DNA of 64,000 nucleotides from Gaiellaceae bacterium. GTDB lineage: Bacteria > Actinomycetota > Thermoleophilia > Gaiellales > Gaiellaceae. Location: NCBI GenBank assembly GCA_035474195.1, contig DATINO010000080.1, positions 7,242-71,241 of the forward strand, given 5' to 3'. Position 1 is the first letter of the stretch, and each line of letters opens with the position of its first letter. The notes beneath the pieces were generated by a model. That model had not been told where the DNA came from, made no database searches, and saw nothing but the letters and a program-made list of their open reading frames with translations. The position numbers and the translations under genes were made by a program. This document shows, in pieces, positions 18,083 through 27,906 of the stretch.

Positions 18083-18739
18083 ATGGGATTGACGATCGGC
18101 GATACGGCTCCGGACTTCGAAGCGGACAGCACGGAAGGGCACATCTCGTTCCACGACTGGATCGGCGACTCGTGGGCGGTGCTTTTCTCGCATCCGAAGG
18201 ACTTCACCCCGGTTTGCACGACCGAGCTCGGCTACATGGCCAAGATCAAGCCGGAGTTCGACAGGCGCGGTGTGAAGATCATCGGCCTCTCGGTCGACCC
18301 GACGGACAACCACGAGGGCTGGGCCGACGACATCGAGGAGACGCAGGGGTCGCGTCCCAACTACCCGATCATCGGCGACACGGAGTTCACAGTGTCGAAG
18401 GCGTACGGGATGCTCGGCGCGGACGTCTCCGGCGACACGGCCGACCGCACGGCGGCCGACAACCAGACGGTCCGCAATGTGTTCGTGATCGGCCCCGACA
18501 AGAAGGTGAAGCTCGTTCTCGTCTACCCGATGACGACCGGCCGCAACTTCGACGAGGTGCTGCGCGTGATCGACTCGCTGCAGCTGACCGCGACTCACAA
18601 GGTCTCGACGCCGGCCAACTGGAAGCACGGCGAGGACGTGATCATCGCCGGGTCGGTCAACGACGAGCAGGCGAAAGAGCTCTTCGGCACGTGGGACGCA
18701 CCGAAGCCCTACATCCGCATCGTTCCGCAGCCGCAGTAA
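18083..18739 (+). CDS. 1-Cys peroxiredoxin (Prx6-type, AhpC/TSA family)
   Basis: [13 protein letters not shown] peroxidatic Cys motif. GGAGG lies 7 nt upstream of ATG 18083. Confidence 0.9.
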   Translation: MGLTIGDTAPDFEADSTEGHISFHDWIGDSWAVLFSHPKDFTPVCTTELGYMAKIKPEFDRRGVKIIGLSVDPTDNHEGWADDIEETQGSRPNYPIIGDTEFTVSKAYGMLGADVSGDTADRTAADNQTVRNVFVIGPDKKVKLVLVYPMTTGRNFDEVLRVIDSLQLTATHKVSTPANWKHGEDVIIAGSVNDEQAKELFGTWDAPKPYIRIVPQPQ

Positions 18740-18743
18740 GGCG

Positions 18744-21656
18744 TTACGAGATGAGCGAGTGACGGAGTGCCGTTGCGACGGCCTCCGTCCTCGTGTCCGC
18801 TTCCAGCTTCACCATCGCGTGGCGCACATGCGACTGCACCGTCTCGGGTGAGATCGCGAGGCTGGTCGCGACCTTGTCGTTGGTGAGGCCGTTCGCGACC
18901 AGGCCGAGGATCTCGCGCTCCCGCGGCGTGAGCGGCGGCAGCGACGAGACAGTTTCCGGTGACGCGACGGCAGTCGCGAGCCTCGAATCGACCCACGTCC
19001 CGCCCTCCGCGACGGTGCGCACCGCCTCCTCGAGCGACTCGAGTGTGCCCTCCTTGAGGACGAAGCCGCGTGCGCCCGCGTCGAGCGCACGGTCGAGCAG
19101 CCCGCGGTCGTTGTGCCCCGTGTAGAGGATCACCTTCGTCTGCGGGCTGACGTCCGCGACGTGCCGTGCGATGTCGATGCCCGACGTCGGCGACATCGCT
19201 ACGTCGAGGATCGCCACGTCGGGCTGCGTCGCCCGGATCGTCGCGAGCGCTTGCTCGCCGTCGCGCGCCTGCGACACGCGCATGCCTCGCGTCTCGAGGA
19301 AGCGCGACACGGAGTCGAGCACGGCTGGATGGTCGTCGGCGAGCACGCACGTCGGAGCGCGCTCGAGCTCGACCGGCACGGGCGTCGTGTCCTCGCCGAC
19401 GAGCCGGCCGACCGCGCCGACGAGGGCGTCCACCGAGAACGGCTTCTGCAGGAGCGCAGCGCCCGTCCCGAGTTGCAGCGTCTCGGGCGTCTCCTCGTGA
19501 TGGCCCGAGATGAAGACGATCGGCAACTCCGCGTCGTGCTCGCGAATCTGCCGCGCGAGGCCGCGGCCGCCGAGGCCCGGCATGACGATGTCGGTCACGA
19601 CACCGTCGATCTCGCCGCGATGCTCCTCGTAGAGCACGAGCGCCTCGGCGCCGTCGCCGGCTGTGAGCACGTCGTATCCCGCGTTCTTCAGGATCTGCTC
19701 GGTGAGGTCGCGCACGATCGCCTCGTCCTCGGCGAGCAGGATCGTCCGCGGTCGCGCCTCCACCGACGCGGCCGCGACCGGCAGGTACAGCGAGAACGTC
19801 GTGCCGACTCCGACCTCCGTCTCGAGCAACACGAACCCGCCGCTCTGCGCCACCGTGCCATGGACGCTCGAGAGCCCGAGGCCCGACCCTTCTTTCTCGG
19901 TCTTCGTCGTGAAGAACGGCTCGAAAGCGCGGCGGCGCGTCTCGTCGTCCATTCCGATACCGGTGTCGGTGACACGGATGACGACGTACGACCCGGGGCG
20001 GGCTTCCGGCTCCGCGGCGTCGTGCTCGTCGATCGTGATGTTCGCCGTGCTCACCTCGATCGCGCCTCCGCTCGGCATCGCGTCGCTCGCATTGAGTGCC
20101 AGGTTGACGAGCGCGTGCTCGAGCTGGCTCCGGTCTGCGAGCGCCCACGGGTTGGCCGCGGTCGGAGCGATGTCGACGGTGATCGCCCCGGACACGTGCT
20201 CGAGCAGGCCGCGGATCGACGAGACGACGTCGTTCAGGTTCACGATCGCGGGCTCGAGGACCTGCCTGCGGCCGAACGCGAGCAGCTGGCGCGGTAGGTC
20301 GGCAGCCTGCTCCGTCGCCTGCACGATTCGCCGCGCGTTCTCACGCGTCGAGCCCGGCGCGTTCGCGTCGCCGACGAGCAGTTCGGCGTAGCCACGGATC
20401 GCGGTCAGCATGTTGTTGAAGTCGTGGGCGACACCGCCCGCGAGCCGGCCGATCGCCTCGAGCCGCTGCGCGTGCAAGAGCTCGTCGCGCAGCCGGTCGC
20501 GCTCCGCCTCGGTCAGCTTCCGTTCGGTGATGTCCCGCACGAAGCCCTGGACGTAGAGCGGCTCGCCCTGCTCGCCGCGGACGAGGTGCATCTCGTCCTG
20601 CACCCACACGACGGTTCCGTCGGGCTTCACGTATCGATACTCCTCCGCGAAGGAACCGGCGCCGCGGCGCACGCGAGCGGCCTCGCCGAGCACGCGCTCC
20701 TGGTCGTCGGGGTGCATGATGCGCTTGACCAGGTCCGGGTCTTCCAGCCAGTCCGAGACCGGGTAGCCGAGGATCTTTTCGACCTGCGGGCTGACGTAGA
20801 TGTTCGGCTGGCTCATGTCGAGCGAGCGGATGTACATGCAGAGCGGCAGTTGCTCGACGAGCGTGCGGTACCGGCGCTCGGCCGCGACGAAGCGCTCGTC
20901 GGCGCGCTTGCGCGCGTCGATGTCCTGCGCGTGGGCGACGAAATGGAGGGGCGCGCCGTCCGCGCCGCGGACGAGGGTCACGCTCAGCGTCACCCAGACC
21001 TCGCTGCCGTCCGAGCGGATGTAGCGCTTCTCCATCTGGTACGAGTCGAAGTCGCCGTCGAGCGTTCGCTGCACGTTCTCGAGGTCGCGCGCGAGGTCGT
21101 CGGGGTGCGTGATCTGCTGGAACCCTCGTGACGTCATCTCGTCGGTCGAGTAGCCGACGAGCTCGCAGAAGGCGGGGTTGATCTCGAGGAACCGGCCGTC
21201 GGGCGCGACGAGCGCCATGCCGATCGACGCCGACTCGAACGAGCCGCGGAAGCGTCGCTCGCTCTCGAGCAGCGCGTCGCTCGTCCGGTTCTGCTCCGAG
21301 AGGTCGCTGACGATCCCGAGCACGCCAGTCGCCTTGCCGTCCTGTTCGATCAGCGTCGACGCGATCGCGATCGCGATGCGCGTGCCGTCTCGCCGGAGCA
21401 AGAAGTACTCGGTCTCGTCGCTCGGATTCCCCGCCAGGCGTGCGGCGAAGCGCTCGGCGGCAATCTCGCGCTGCTCGGGGACGATCAACTCGTTCGCGTA
21501 TCGGCCGATCAGCTCCTCCGCCGAGTAGCCGCTGATCGCGGTGCCGGCGGGGTTGATCGACGTGAACCGCCCCTGCAGGTCGAGCGTGCAGACGAAGCGG
21601 TCGGTCCGCTCGAAGAGCAGCCTGGCGGGATCGCCTGCGGTGGCCATCGCTTCCAT
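18744..21656 (-). CDS. cytosolic multi-domain signalling protein: PAS x3 + HisKA + HATPase_c + REC + REC + LuxR-type HTH
   Basis: H-box [15 protein letters not shown]-box [13 protein letters not shown]1 [10 protein letters not shown]2 [12 protein letters not shown]1 LLAEDE...[15 protein letters not shown]2 VLADDH...VAILDVAMS...GARGFVLK. C-terminal [36 protein letters not shown]. No TM segment seen. Confidence 0.85.
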   Translation of the reverse strand: MEAMATAGDPARLLFERTDRFVCTLDLQGRFTSINPAGTAISGYSAEELIGRYANELIVPEQREIAAERFAARLAGNPSDETEYFLLRRDGTRIAIAIASTLIEQDGKATGVLGIVSDLSEQNRTSDALLESERRFRGSFESASIGMALVAPDGRFLEINPAFCELVGYSTDEMTSRGFQQITHPDDLARDLENVQRTLDGDFDSYQMEKRYIRSDGSEVWVTLSVTLVRGADGAPLHFVAHAQDIDARKRADERFVAAERRYRTLVEQLPLCMYIRSLDMSQPNIYVSPQVEKILGYPVSDWLEDPDLVKRIMHPDDQERVLGEAARVRRGAGSFAEEYRYVKPDGTVVWVQDEMHLVRGEQGEPLYVQGFVRDITERKLTEAERDRLRDELLHAQRLEAIGRLAGGVAHDFNNMLTAIRGYAELLVGDANAPGSTRENARRIVQATEQAADLPRQLLAFGRRQVLEPAIVNLNDVVSSIRGLLEHVSGAITVDIAPTAANPWALADRSQLEHALVNLALNASDAMPSGGAIEVSTANITIDEHDAAEPEARPGSYVVIRVTDTGIGMDDETRRRAFEPFFTTKTEKEGSGLGLSSVHGTVAQSGGFVLLETEVGVGTTFSLYLPVAAASVEARPRTILLAEDEAIVRDLTEQILKNAGYDVLTAGDGAEALVLYEEHRGEIDGVVTDIVMPGLGGRGLARQIREHDAELPIVFISGHHEETPETLQLGTGAALLQKPFSVDALVGAVGRLVGEDTTPVPVELERAPTCVLADDHPAVLDSVSRFLETRGMRVSQARDGEQALATIRATQPDVAILDVAMSPTSGIDIARHVADVSPQTKVILYTGHNDRGLLDRALDAGARGFVLKEGTLESLEEAVRTVAEGGTWVDSRLATAVASPETVSSLPPLTPREREILGLVANGLTNDKVATSLAISPETVQSHVRHAMVKLEADTRTEAVATALRHSLIS

Positions 21657-21812
21657 TCAAGTCCGGTGATCGGCCGGATCCCATGTTTCCGGGAGAGGGT
21701 GAGGCACGAATCCCTCATCCGGGGGTGGCCTGGTCACAAATGTCCCCCGATGACGAAGGGACTCACGGTTTTCCGGCGATCCTTCGCCGCCCGCCTCCCA
21801 GAAAGGAAGGAC

Positions 21813-22820
21813 ATGAAGCTACGCACGGCGAACCGGTCGGCCATGCGGCCCCGGAAACGGTTGACTCGGCTCGCCCTCGGCGCGGTCGCCATCGGCGCAG
21901 CCTTGCTGGTGCTCACCGCACTGCCGGCAGGCGCGGCGACGCTTTCGAACATGAGCTGGACGGTCTCGAACAACCAGGTCTCGGCGACGAACACGTCGTA
22001 CTCGTACTCGTTCAAGACCACGACGGCGAACACCATCAAGACGATCACGTTCGCCGTCTCCGGCGCAGGTCTCGGCGGCGCGCCGACGATCACGCGTGCG
22101 TACGGGATCGGAGCCGGCACGGTGGCGATTGCCGGCCAGACGATCACCTACACGGTCACGACCCCGGTCGCGGTTCCGGCCGGGATCCCGATCTACATCG
22201 AGTTCGGCGGTCTGACCAACAGTTCGACCGCGGGGAGCTATACGACGGTGATCACGACGAAGACCGCTGCGGCCGCGACCATCGACACCGGCACGACGCC
22301 TGCGGTGGCGCTCGCCGCGAACAACACCGCGGTCACCGTGAACCTGGCGAAGAGCCTCACGTTCACGGTGGACACGACGGCCTTCGAGCTCGACATGGAT
22401 CCGAGTCTCGGAGCGCTCGCGGACCAGTCGGCGACGGTCGGCCTGACGGTGCAGACGAATGCGAACTCCGGCTACACCCTCGCTGTCAAGGACAACGCCA
22501 CCGGCCTCCAGTCGAGCGGCACCGGCAACCCGGTGATCGCAAAGGTCTCGACCGGCAAGGCGACGTCGGTCGCGTGGCCGGGCGCGCCGGCGTGGGGGTA
22601 CACCGTGACGGGCACGGGCGCGACGGTCGATCCGGCGTTCTCCGGCTCGAAGTACGCGGGGTACACGGCCGGCGGCGAGACGATCGCGACGCGTTCCGGC
22701 ACGACGGGCGGCTCTGCCGACACGATCTCGATCGCGAATCGTGTCGCGATCGACTACTCGTCGCCGTCCGGCGTGTATTCCGACACTGTCACGTACACGG
22801 TGACGCCGAACTACAACTGA
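21813..22820 (+). CDS. secreted Thr/Ala/Ser-rich surface protein with WxL-like C-terminal domain
   Basis: AAGGAAGGA Shine-Dalgarno before ATG 21813. Signal peptide LALGAVAIGAALLVLTALPAGA. The C-terminal half has NSGYTLAV and GVYSDTVTYTVTPNY at the positions of the two WxL motifs (W replaced by Y). Confidence 0.6.
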   Translation: MKLRTANRSAMRPRKRLTRLALGAVAIGAALLVLTALPAGAATLSNMSWTVSNNQVSATNTSYSYSFKTTTANTIKTITFAVSGAGLGGAPTITRAYGIGAGTVAIAGQTITYTVTTPVAVPAGIPIYIEFGGLTNSSTAGSYTTVITTKTAAAATIDTGTTPAVALAANNTAVTVNLAKSLTFTVDTTAFELDMDPSLGALADQSATVGLTVQTNANSGYTLAVKDNATGLQSSGTGNPVIAKVSTGKATSVAWPGAPAWGYTVTGTGATVDPAFSGSKYAGYTAGGETIATRSGTTGGSADTISIANRVAIDYSSPSGVYSDTVTYTVTPNYN

Positions 22821-22821
22821 C

Positions 22822-23748
22822 GTGAGATTCGCTCTGGTCGCGACGGTGCTCGCGACGGCTCTGGCCGTCGCGAGCTCTGCGACCGCCGGCGGGTCGGCCA
22901 AGGCCGTGAGCGGCTCACGTGCCTTGGCCGTCTCGGTTCCGGCAGACCCGGTCCCGGCCAAGGTGGGCGGCGTCGCCCGGACGCTGATCCGCGTCGTCAA
23001 TCCGAACGACTTCGCGGTCACCGTGCTGATTCGCAGCCGGACGCTCGCGCTCGGCGACGACGGCAAGGTTTCGGTCGGCAGCGGCCCTGATCCGCGCTGG
23101 GCCGGCCGCGTGCAGTTCCCGGGCGAGGCCCTTCGGATCCCCGCGCAGAGCTATCGCAACGTGCCGCTCGCGATCCAGGTCCCGCACCTCAGCCCCGACC
23201 TGTATTTCGTCGGCTTCCTCGTCACACCGGTCGCGGCGGAAGGCGGGTCGATCACCGTGGTGAACCAGATCGGCTCGTTCTTGACGCTCGACGTCCCGGG
23301 GCCGCGGCTCCGCCTGCTCACCGGCCACCTGCACCTGCCGTCGTTCGTGCTCGGCTCGAAGGTGAGCGGGGCGATGCGCGTGACCAACCTCGGCCATGCG
23401 TCCGTCACGATGTGGGGCGAGAACGACACGACCTCGTCGCCCGGGGGAGCATTCCAGCAAGAGCGGCTCGGGCCGTCGCTGCTGCCGGTCGGCCGCTCCC
23501 GCTCGATCGCGGTCTCCGGCAAGCCTCGCTGGCCGGTCGGGATCGTCACCGTGACGACGCGCGTCACCTATCCGGGCCGGACGGCCTCGCAGACGCGCGA
23601 GCTCGTGTCGACGGGCCGCGTGATCGTCGTCAGCCCGTGGGTGCCGGCCGCCGTCGGTGGTCTGGTCGCGCTGCTCGTCGCCGCAATCTGGCGGCGGCGG
23701 CGAAGGCGCAGGCGGTGGCCTAGGGTCTCGGCCGCGCAACACGCGTGA
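22822..23748 (+). CDS. DUF916/DUF3324-like cell-surface protein (signal peptide, two beta-sandwich-like domains, C-terminal TM anchor + poly-Arg)
   Basis: GTG lies 1 nt after the preceding stop. Signal ATVLATALAVASSATA. IRVVNPNDFAVTVLI and MRVTNLGHASVTMW are strand patterns typical of the family. C-terminal anchor VGGLVALLVAAIW followed by RRRRRRRR. Confidence 0.6.
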   Translation: MRFALVATVLATALAVASSATAGGSAKAVSGSRALAVSVPADPVPAKVGGVARTLIRVVNPNDFAVTVLIRSRTLALGDDGKVSVGSGPDPRWAGRVQFPGEALRIPAQSYRNVPLAIQVPHLSPDLYFVGFLVTPVAAEGGSITVVNQIGSFLTLDVPGPRLRLLTGHLHLPSFVLGSKVSGAMRVTNLGHASVTMWGENDTTSSPGGAFQQERLGPSLLPVGRSRSIAVSGKPRWPVGIVTVTTRVTYPGRTASQTRELVSTGRVIVVSPWVPAAVGGLVALLVAAIWRRRRRRRRWPRVSAAQHA

Positions 23749-24331
23749 ACGCCGCTGCTCCCGCCGCGAACGCGGCAAGGAACACGACGCCCCGCAGCAG
23801 CACGCCGCCGTAGCCGTGCTCGGACACGTCGACGAACGGATACGGGTACCAATGTGCGAAGTGGCCGCGGATGAGCGTGTAGACGAACCACGCGAACGGA
23901 TAGGCGAGCCACGCGAGCGCCAACCTGAGTGAGAGTCGACGGGTGGGCGGGTCGACGAGCCAGTCGACCACGAGGACGACGGGGATCAGGTAGTGGACGA
24001 CGAAGTTCGCGAACGGGTTGTGCGTCTCGAGCTGCTCCTGGTGGCCGGATAGGAGCAGGGCGAAGACCGCGCCGGTGACCGCGATGGAGAACGTCGCCGC
24101 TCCCCTCATCGCGTCGAACGTCCGCGTGCGCTCTTCCCTGCGGACGAGCGCGGTCAGCACGAGCGCAGTCGCGGCGAAGACATTCGACTGGATCGTGAAG
24201 AAGCTGAAGAAGTTCGCGGGCCGGAATGTCGGCACCGGCTGGAGCCGCGTGTACTGGTAGGTCATCGCGACGATCCCGGTGGCGGCAAACGCGATCCGGA
24301 TGAGGTCGTGAGCAAGGCTGCGGCGCTGCAT
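23720..24331 (-). CDS. Pr6Pr-family (FAR-17a/AIG1-like) integral membrane protein
   Basis: Six hydrophobic helices. FFTIQSN motif near TM2 and HYLIPVVLVVDWL near TM5. Start trimmed to ATG 24331. Confidence 0.6.
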   Translation of the reverse strand: MQRRSLAHDLIRIAFAATGIVAMTYQYTRLQPVPTFRPANFFSFFTIQSNVFAATALVLTALVRREERTRTFDAMRGAATFSIAVTGAVFALLLSGHQEQLETHNPFANFVVHYLIPVVLVVDWLVDPPTRRLSLRLALAWLAYPFAWFVYTLIRGHFAHWYPYPFVDVSEHGYGGVLLRGVVFLAAFAAGAAAFTRVARPRP

Positions 24332-24405
24332 TCGTGCGACTTTACGGCCCACCGCCTCACCCTTCCGGGTGACGTGAATGCACCCGTTCCCACCGATGCG
24401 TAAGT

Positions 24406-26601
24406 GTGGCTTCGGTAGCCCCTGCGCACGATGCATCGGATCACGTCCTGACACTCCTGCAGATGCAGCGCGTGCTGCTCACGGAGGTGGCCGCCGGCGC
24501 TGAAGCGCGTTCGGTGCTCGAGCTGCTGATCGACCTGATCGAGTCGCAGGCTCCGGGTGCGATCGCCTCAGTGCTGCTCGTCGACCGCGACACACAGTCG
24601 CTGCGCACGTACGTCGCGCCACGGCTCCCCGAGTCCTACAACGCCGCCGTCGACGGTGTGCCGATCGCGGCCACCGCAGGCTCGTGCGGCACGGCGGCGG
24701 CGACGAGGCAGACAGTCGTCGTCGAGGACATCGCACGCGATCCGCTCTGGGCCGATTACGCCGATCTCGCGGCTGCGCACGGGCTGCGTGCGTGCTGGTC
24801 GACGCCGATCCTCGACGCCGACGGTGAGGTCGCGGGAACCTTCGCGCTGTACTACCGCGTTCCGCGCCGTCCGACCGAGCGCGAGCTGGAAGTGGTGGAG
24901 ATGGCCGCGGGCGTCGCGAGCATCGTCTTCGAGCGCGAGGCCGCAGCCGGGGAGCGCCGCGAGCTCGACCGGCGCTATCGAACGCTCGTCGAGCAGCTGC
25001 CGCTTGTCATCTACGTCGATGCGCTCGACGCGAAGAGCTCCAACATCTTCACGAGCCGCCAGATCGAAGGGCTGCTCGGGTACTCCGTTCAGGACTGGCG
25101 GGACGACGGCGACCTGTTCGTGAAGCTTCTGCATCCGGAGGACAAGGCGCGTGTGCTCGAGGCGCACGAGCACACCCACAGGACGCACGAGCCGCTCAAC
25201 ACCGAGTACCGCTTGAAGGCGCGCGACGGCCACTACGTGTGGATCCGCGACGCCGGCGTGGTCGTCTCCGACGAGAACGGCACCCCGTTGTACCTTCAGG
25301 GCTACCTGCTCGACATCTCGCCCGAGCGTGAGGCGGAGGAAGCGCTTCGCCGGCAGGCGTTGTACGACCCGCTGACCGGCCTCGCGAATCGCGCGCATTT
25401 CAACGATCGCCTCGAACGCGCGATCGCTGCTGTTCGCCATCCGGGCGAGAAGACGGCGATCCTGTTTGCGGACGTCGACGGCTTCAAGGGCGTGAACGAC
25501 CGGTTCGGGCATCACATCGGCGACGCGGTGCTGTGTGCGCTCGCCGACCGGTTGCAGACGGTGATCCGCGCGGCCGACACCGCGGCGCGTCTCGGCGGCG
25601 ACGAGTTCGCGGTGATCATCGAGCGCGTCGTCGATCCGGGCGACATCTCGATCGTTGCGCAGCGGATCCACGAGTCGCTGGCCGAGCCGATCGAGATCGA
25701 AGGGCGGCGGCTGTCGGTCGAGACGTCGATCGGCATCTCCGTCGGCGACGACCCGACCGAGCTGCTGAAGGAAGCAGACGCGGCGATGTACCGCGCGAAG
25801 TCGCAGCCGGGCTTCGGCTTCGCGTTCTACGACCCGGAGCTGGACAAGGCCGCGGTCATCCGCTTCCGGCGCATCGGGGAACTGGCCGACGCGGTCGACC
25901 TCGATCAGCTGCGGCTTCACTATCAGCCGATCGTGTCGCTCGCGACCGGTGAGATCGAGGCGTACGAGGCGCTGCTCCGCTGGGAGCATCCGGAGCTCGG
26001 GCTGCTGCCGCCGGACGAGTTCATCCCGCTCGCCGAGGGCTCGGGCCTGATCGTGCCGATCGGCCGGTGGGTGCTCGGCGAGGCTTGTCTGTATGCAGCG
26101 AGGTTGGGTCGTGGCGCAGGCCGCCCGATCGAGATCGCAGTCAACGTGTCGGCGCGCCAGCTGCAACATCCCGACTTCGTGTCGCACGTCGAGGAGGCGC
26201 TGCAGCTCTCGAAGCTGCCGCCCGAGCAGCTCGTGCTCGAGCTGACGGAGAGCGTCGTCATCGACACGAGCGACGTCGACTCGCGGCTCGAGCTGCTGCG
26301 CTCGAGTGGCATCAAGATTGCGCTGGACGACTTCGGCACCGGCTACTGGTCGCTCGTGTACCTGCAGCGGCTGCCGATCGACATCGTGAAGATCGACAAG
26401 AGCTTCACCGCCGCCGTCGACGAGGACGACGCGGGGAAGGCGCTGCTGCACGCGATCGTCGGCTTCGGCACGGCGCTCGGCACGCGCCTCGTCGCCGAGG
26501 GCATCGAGCGGCAGGGCCAAGACGACGTCGTGCACGAGCTGGGCGTCCAGAACGCGCAGGGCTTCCACTACGGCAGGCCCAAGCCGACGAACGAGCTCTG
26601 A
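24406..26601 (+). CDS. GAF-PAS-GGDEF-EAL signalling protein (c-di-GMP turnover)
   Basis: GAF segment with SCGTAAATRQTVVV, PAS (YVWIRDAGVVV), RLGGDEFAVI (GGDEF), YEALLRWEHP (EAL), ALDDFGTGYWSL. Start uncertain: GTG 24406 or ATG 24463. Confidence 0.9.
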   Translation: MASVAPAHDASDHVLTLLQMQRVLLTEVAAGAEARSVLELLIDLIESQAPGAIASVLLVDRDTQSLRTYVAPRLPESYNAAVDGVPIAATAGSCGTAAATRQTVVVEDIARDPLWADYADLAAAHGLRACWSTPILDADGEVAGTFALYYRVPRRPTERELEVVEMAAGVASIVFEREAAAGERRELDRRYRTLVEQLPLVIYVDALDAKSSNIFTSRQIEGLLGYSVQDWRDDGDLFVKLLHPEDKARVLEAHEHTHRTHEPLNTEYRLKARDGHYVWIRDAGVVVSDENGTPLYLQGYLLDISPEREAEEALRRQALYDPLTGLANRAHFNDRLERAIAAVRHPGEKTAILFADVDGFKGVNDRFGHHIGDAVLCALADRLQTVIRAADTAARLGGDEFAVIIERVVDPGDISIVAQRIHESLAEPIEIEGRRLSVETSIGISVGDDPTELLKEADAAMYRAKSQPGFGFAFYDPELDKAAVIRFRRIGELADAVDLDQLRLHYQPIVSLATGEIEAYEALLRWEHPELGLLPPDEFIPLAEGSGLIVPIGRWVLGEACLYAARLGRGAGRPIEIAVNVSARQLQHPDFVSHVEEALQLSKLPPEQLVLELTESVVIDTSDVDSRLELLRSSGIKIALDDFGTGYWSLVYLQRLPIDIVKIDKSFTAAVDEDDAGKALLHAIVGFGTALGTRLVAEGIERQGQDDVVHELGVQNAQGFHYGRPKPTNEL

Positions 26602-26796
26602 GCCGCCTCTCAGGAACGTTCCGTGCGGTGGGCGCGTGAGCCACCGCTTCACTCGCCGCGCCTCCTTCTCCGCTTCCTCGGGCTCGCCGCAGCCGCCGGT
26701 GGCGGCGGCGTGGAAGCTGCAGAGCGCCGATGGCGCAGGCGTGCTCACGCAACGGCGCCGCCGGCTACGTCGGCGCCGTTGCGATGGGGGGCACGG

Positions 26797-27156
26797 CTAG
26801 CGGGGAACGGGCGAGCGGCAGCGGCCGCACACCGCTCGCCGCCGTGACAACCTTGCGCCGCAGCGCGCGCAGGTGCGCGGTCGCCGGTCGAGCACGACGA
26901 CGGCTTCCGCGACCACTTCGTGCCACGGCACGCAGAGTGCGGTCAGGCCTTCGTCGGCGTCGAGGTCAGCGAGGTGCGCGTCGCGTGCCTGCTCGACGAG
27001 CTCCAACACACCGAGCTCGCGCGCGAGCTCCTCGTCCGGCCGCTCCGCCGCACAACGGAGGTGCGAGCGGCGGAGCTTGCGTTGCCCGGTCGTCTCGCGT
27101 TCGATCGTCGCGACGACGAGCTTGGCCATCGCGAGCGCGTGACGCTCCGCCGTCAC
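26797..27156 (-). CDS. hypothetical protein with C-terminal CxxC...CxxC zinc-ribbon-like tail, translationally coupled to infC
   Basis: Its GTG overlaps the infC stop (GTGA). GC3-rich codons. Tail TCARCGARLSRRRAVCGRC. Alternative start ATG 27129. Confidence 0.5.
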   Translation of the reverse strand: MTAERHALAMAKLVVATIERETTGQRKLRRSHLRCAAERPDEELARELGVLELVEQARDAHLADLDADEGLTALCVPWHEVVAEAVVVLDRRPRTCARCGARLSRRRAVCGRCRSPVPR

Positions 27157-27665
27157 GCGGTGGCCCCGTTCGGCGTCAGGATCACCGTCATCGTCCGGCC
27201 CTCGAAGCTCTCGCGTCCTTGCGGCTGCCCGACCTCGCGGACATCCTCGAAGAGACGCTCGAGCAGCTTGCGGCCTTGCTCGGGATGCTCCCGCTCCCGT
27301 CCCCGGAAGAAGACGACGACCTTGACCGAGTCACGGTCACGCAGGAACTCGAGCGCCTGGTCACGCTTCCACGCGTAGTCGTGGGTCGAGATGCGCGGCC
27401 GCAGCCGAACCTCTTTCGGCCCGCCGTGCTGCTGGTTCCGCTGTGCCGCCCGCAAGCGGCGCTCCTCTTCGAACCGCCAGCGGCCGAAGTCGATCACCCT
27501 GCAGACGGGCGGATCGGCGTCGGCTGCGACCTCGACGAGGTCGAGCCCGAGCGATTCGGCATGCGCGAGGGCCTCGGCGCGCGTCATCACGCCGATCTGT
27601 GCTCCTTCGTCATCGATGACGCGCAGGTTGGGCGCGCCGATCTGTTCGTTCACGCGGGCGCTCAC
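27153..27665 (-). CDS. infC: translation initiation factor IF-3
   Basis: VNEQIGAPNLRVIDDEGAQIGVM...LDLVEV...PPVCRVIDFG...KEVRLRPRISTHDY...VKVVVFFRGRE aligns along the whole IF-3 fold. Start is GTG 27665 or GTG 27653. Confidence 0.9.
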   Translation of the reverse strand: MSARVNEQIGAPNLRVIDDEGAQIGVMTRAEALAHAESLGLDLVEVAADADPPVCRVIDFGRWRFEEERRLRAAQRNQQHGGPKEVRLRPRISTHDYAWKRDQALEFLRDRDSVKVVVFFRGREREHPEQGRKLLERLFEDVREVGQPQGRESFEGRTMTVILTPNGATA

Positions 27666-27906
27666 CCTCGGCCGAGGGGGAACGCTGGTCTTGCGACGTG
27701 CTCTTCTCACTAGCGTCCTTTCGCGAATGTGACAGGGCCAAGCAGGCCGCGCCGTCGCGTTCGGTGGACGTCTTCGAGAGGTACGCGCGTCTAGCGCGCG
27801 GCCGGGCCGAACGGGAGGGCGGGCGAAGCGAAATCGACTTCCATGTCTTCGGCCCTCCTTTCGTTGGAGACGAGCCGGCTCGCCGAGAATAGCAGCGAAG
27901 ACGCGC

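Noticed and set aside
26602-26796. Coding-like minus-strand frame starting at GTG 26748 (STPAPSALCSFHAAATGGCGEPEEAEKEARRVKRW...) in the gap after the GGDEF-EAL gene.
   Set aside because: GC3 is very high for about 40 codons, but the frame has no stop before running far into the antisense of the EAL domain. No discrete gene can be defined, and it may be compositional noise or a remnant.
26405-27152. Search for rpmI (L35) and rplT (L20) downstream of infC.
   Set aside because: No frame on the minus strand gives the highly basic L35 (MPKxKT...) or L20 (MARVKRG...) N-termini. The only protein-like ORF is the 119-aa Cys-rich one.
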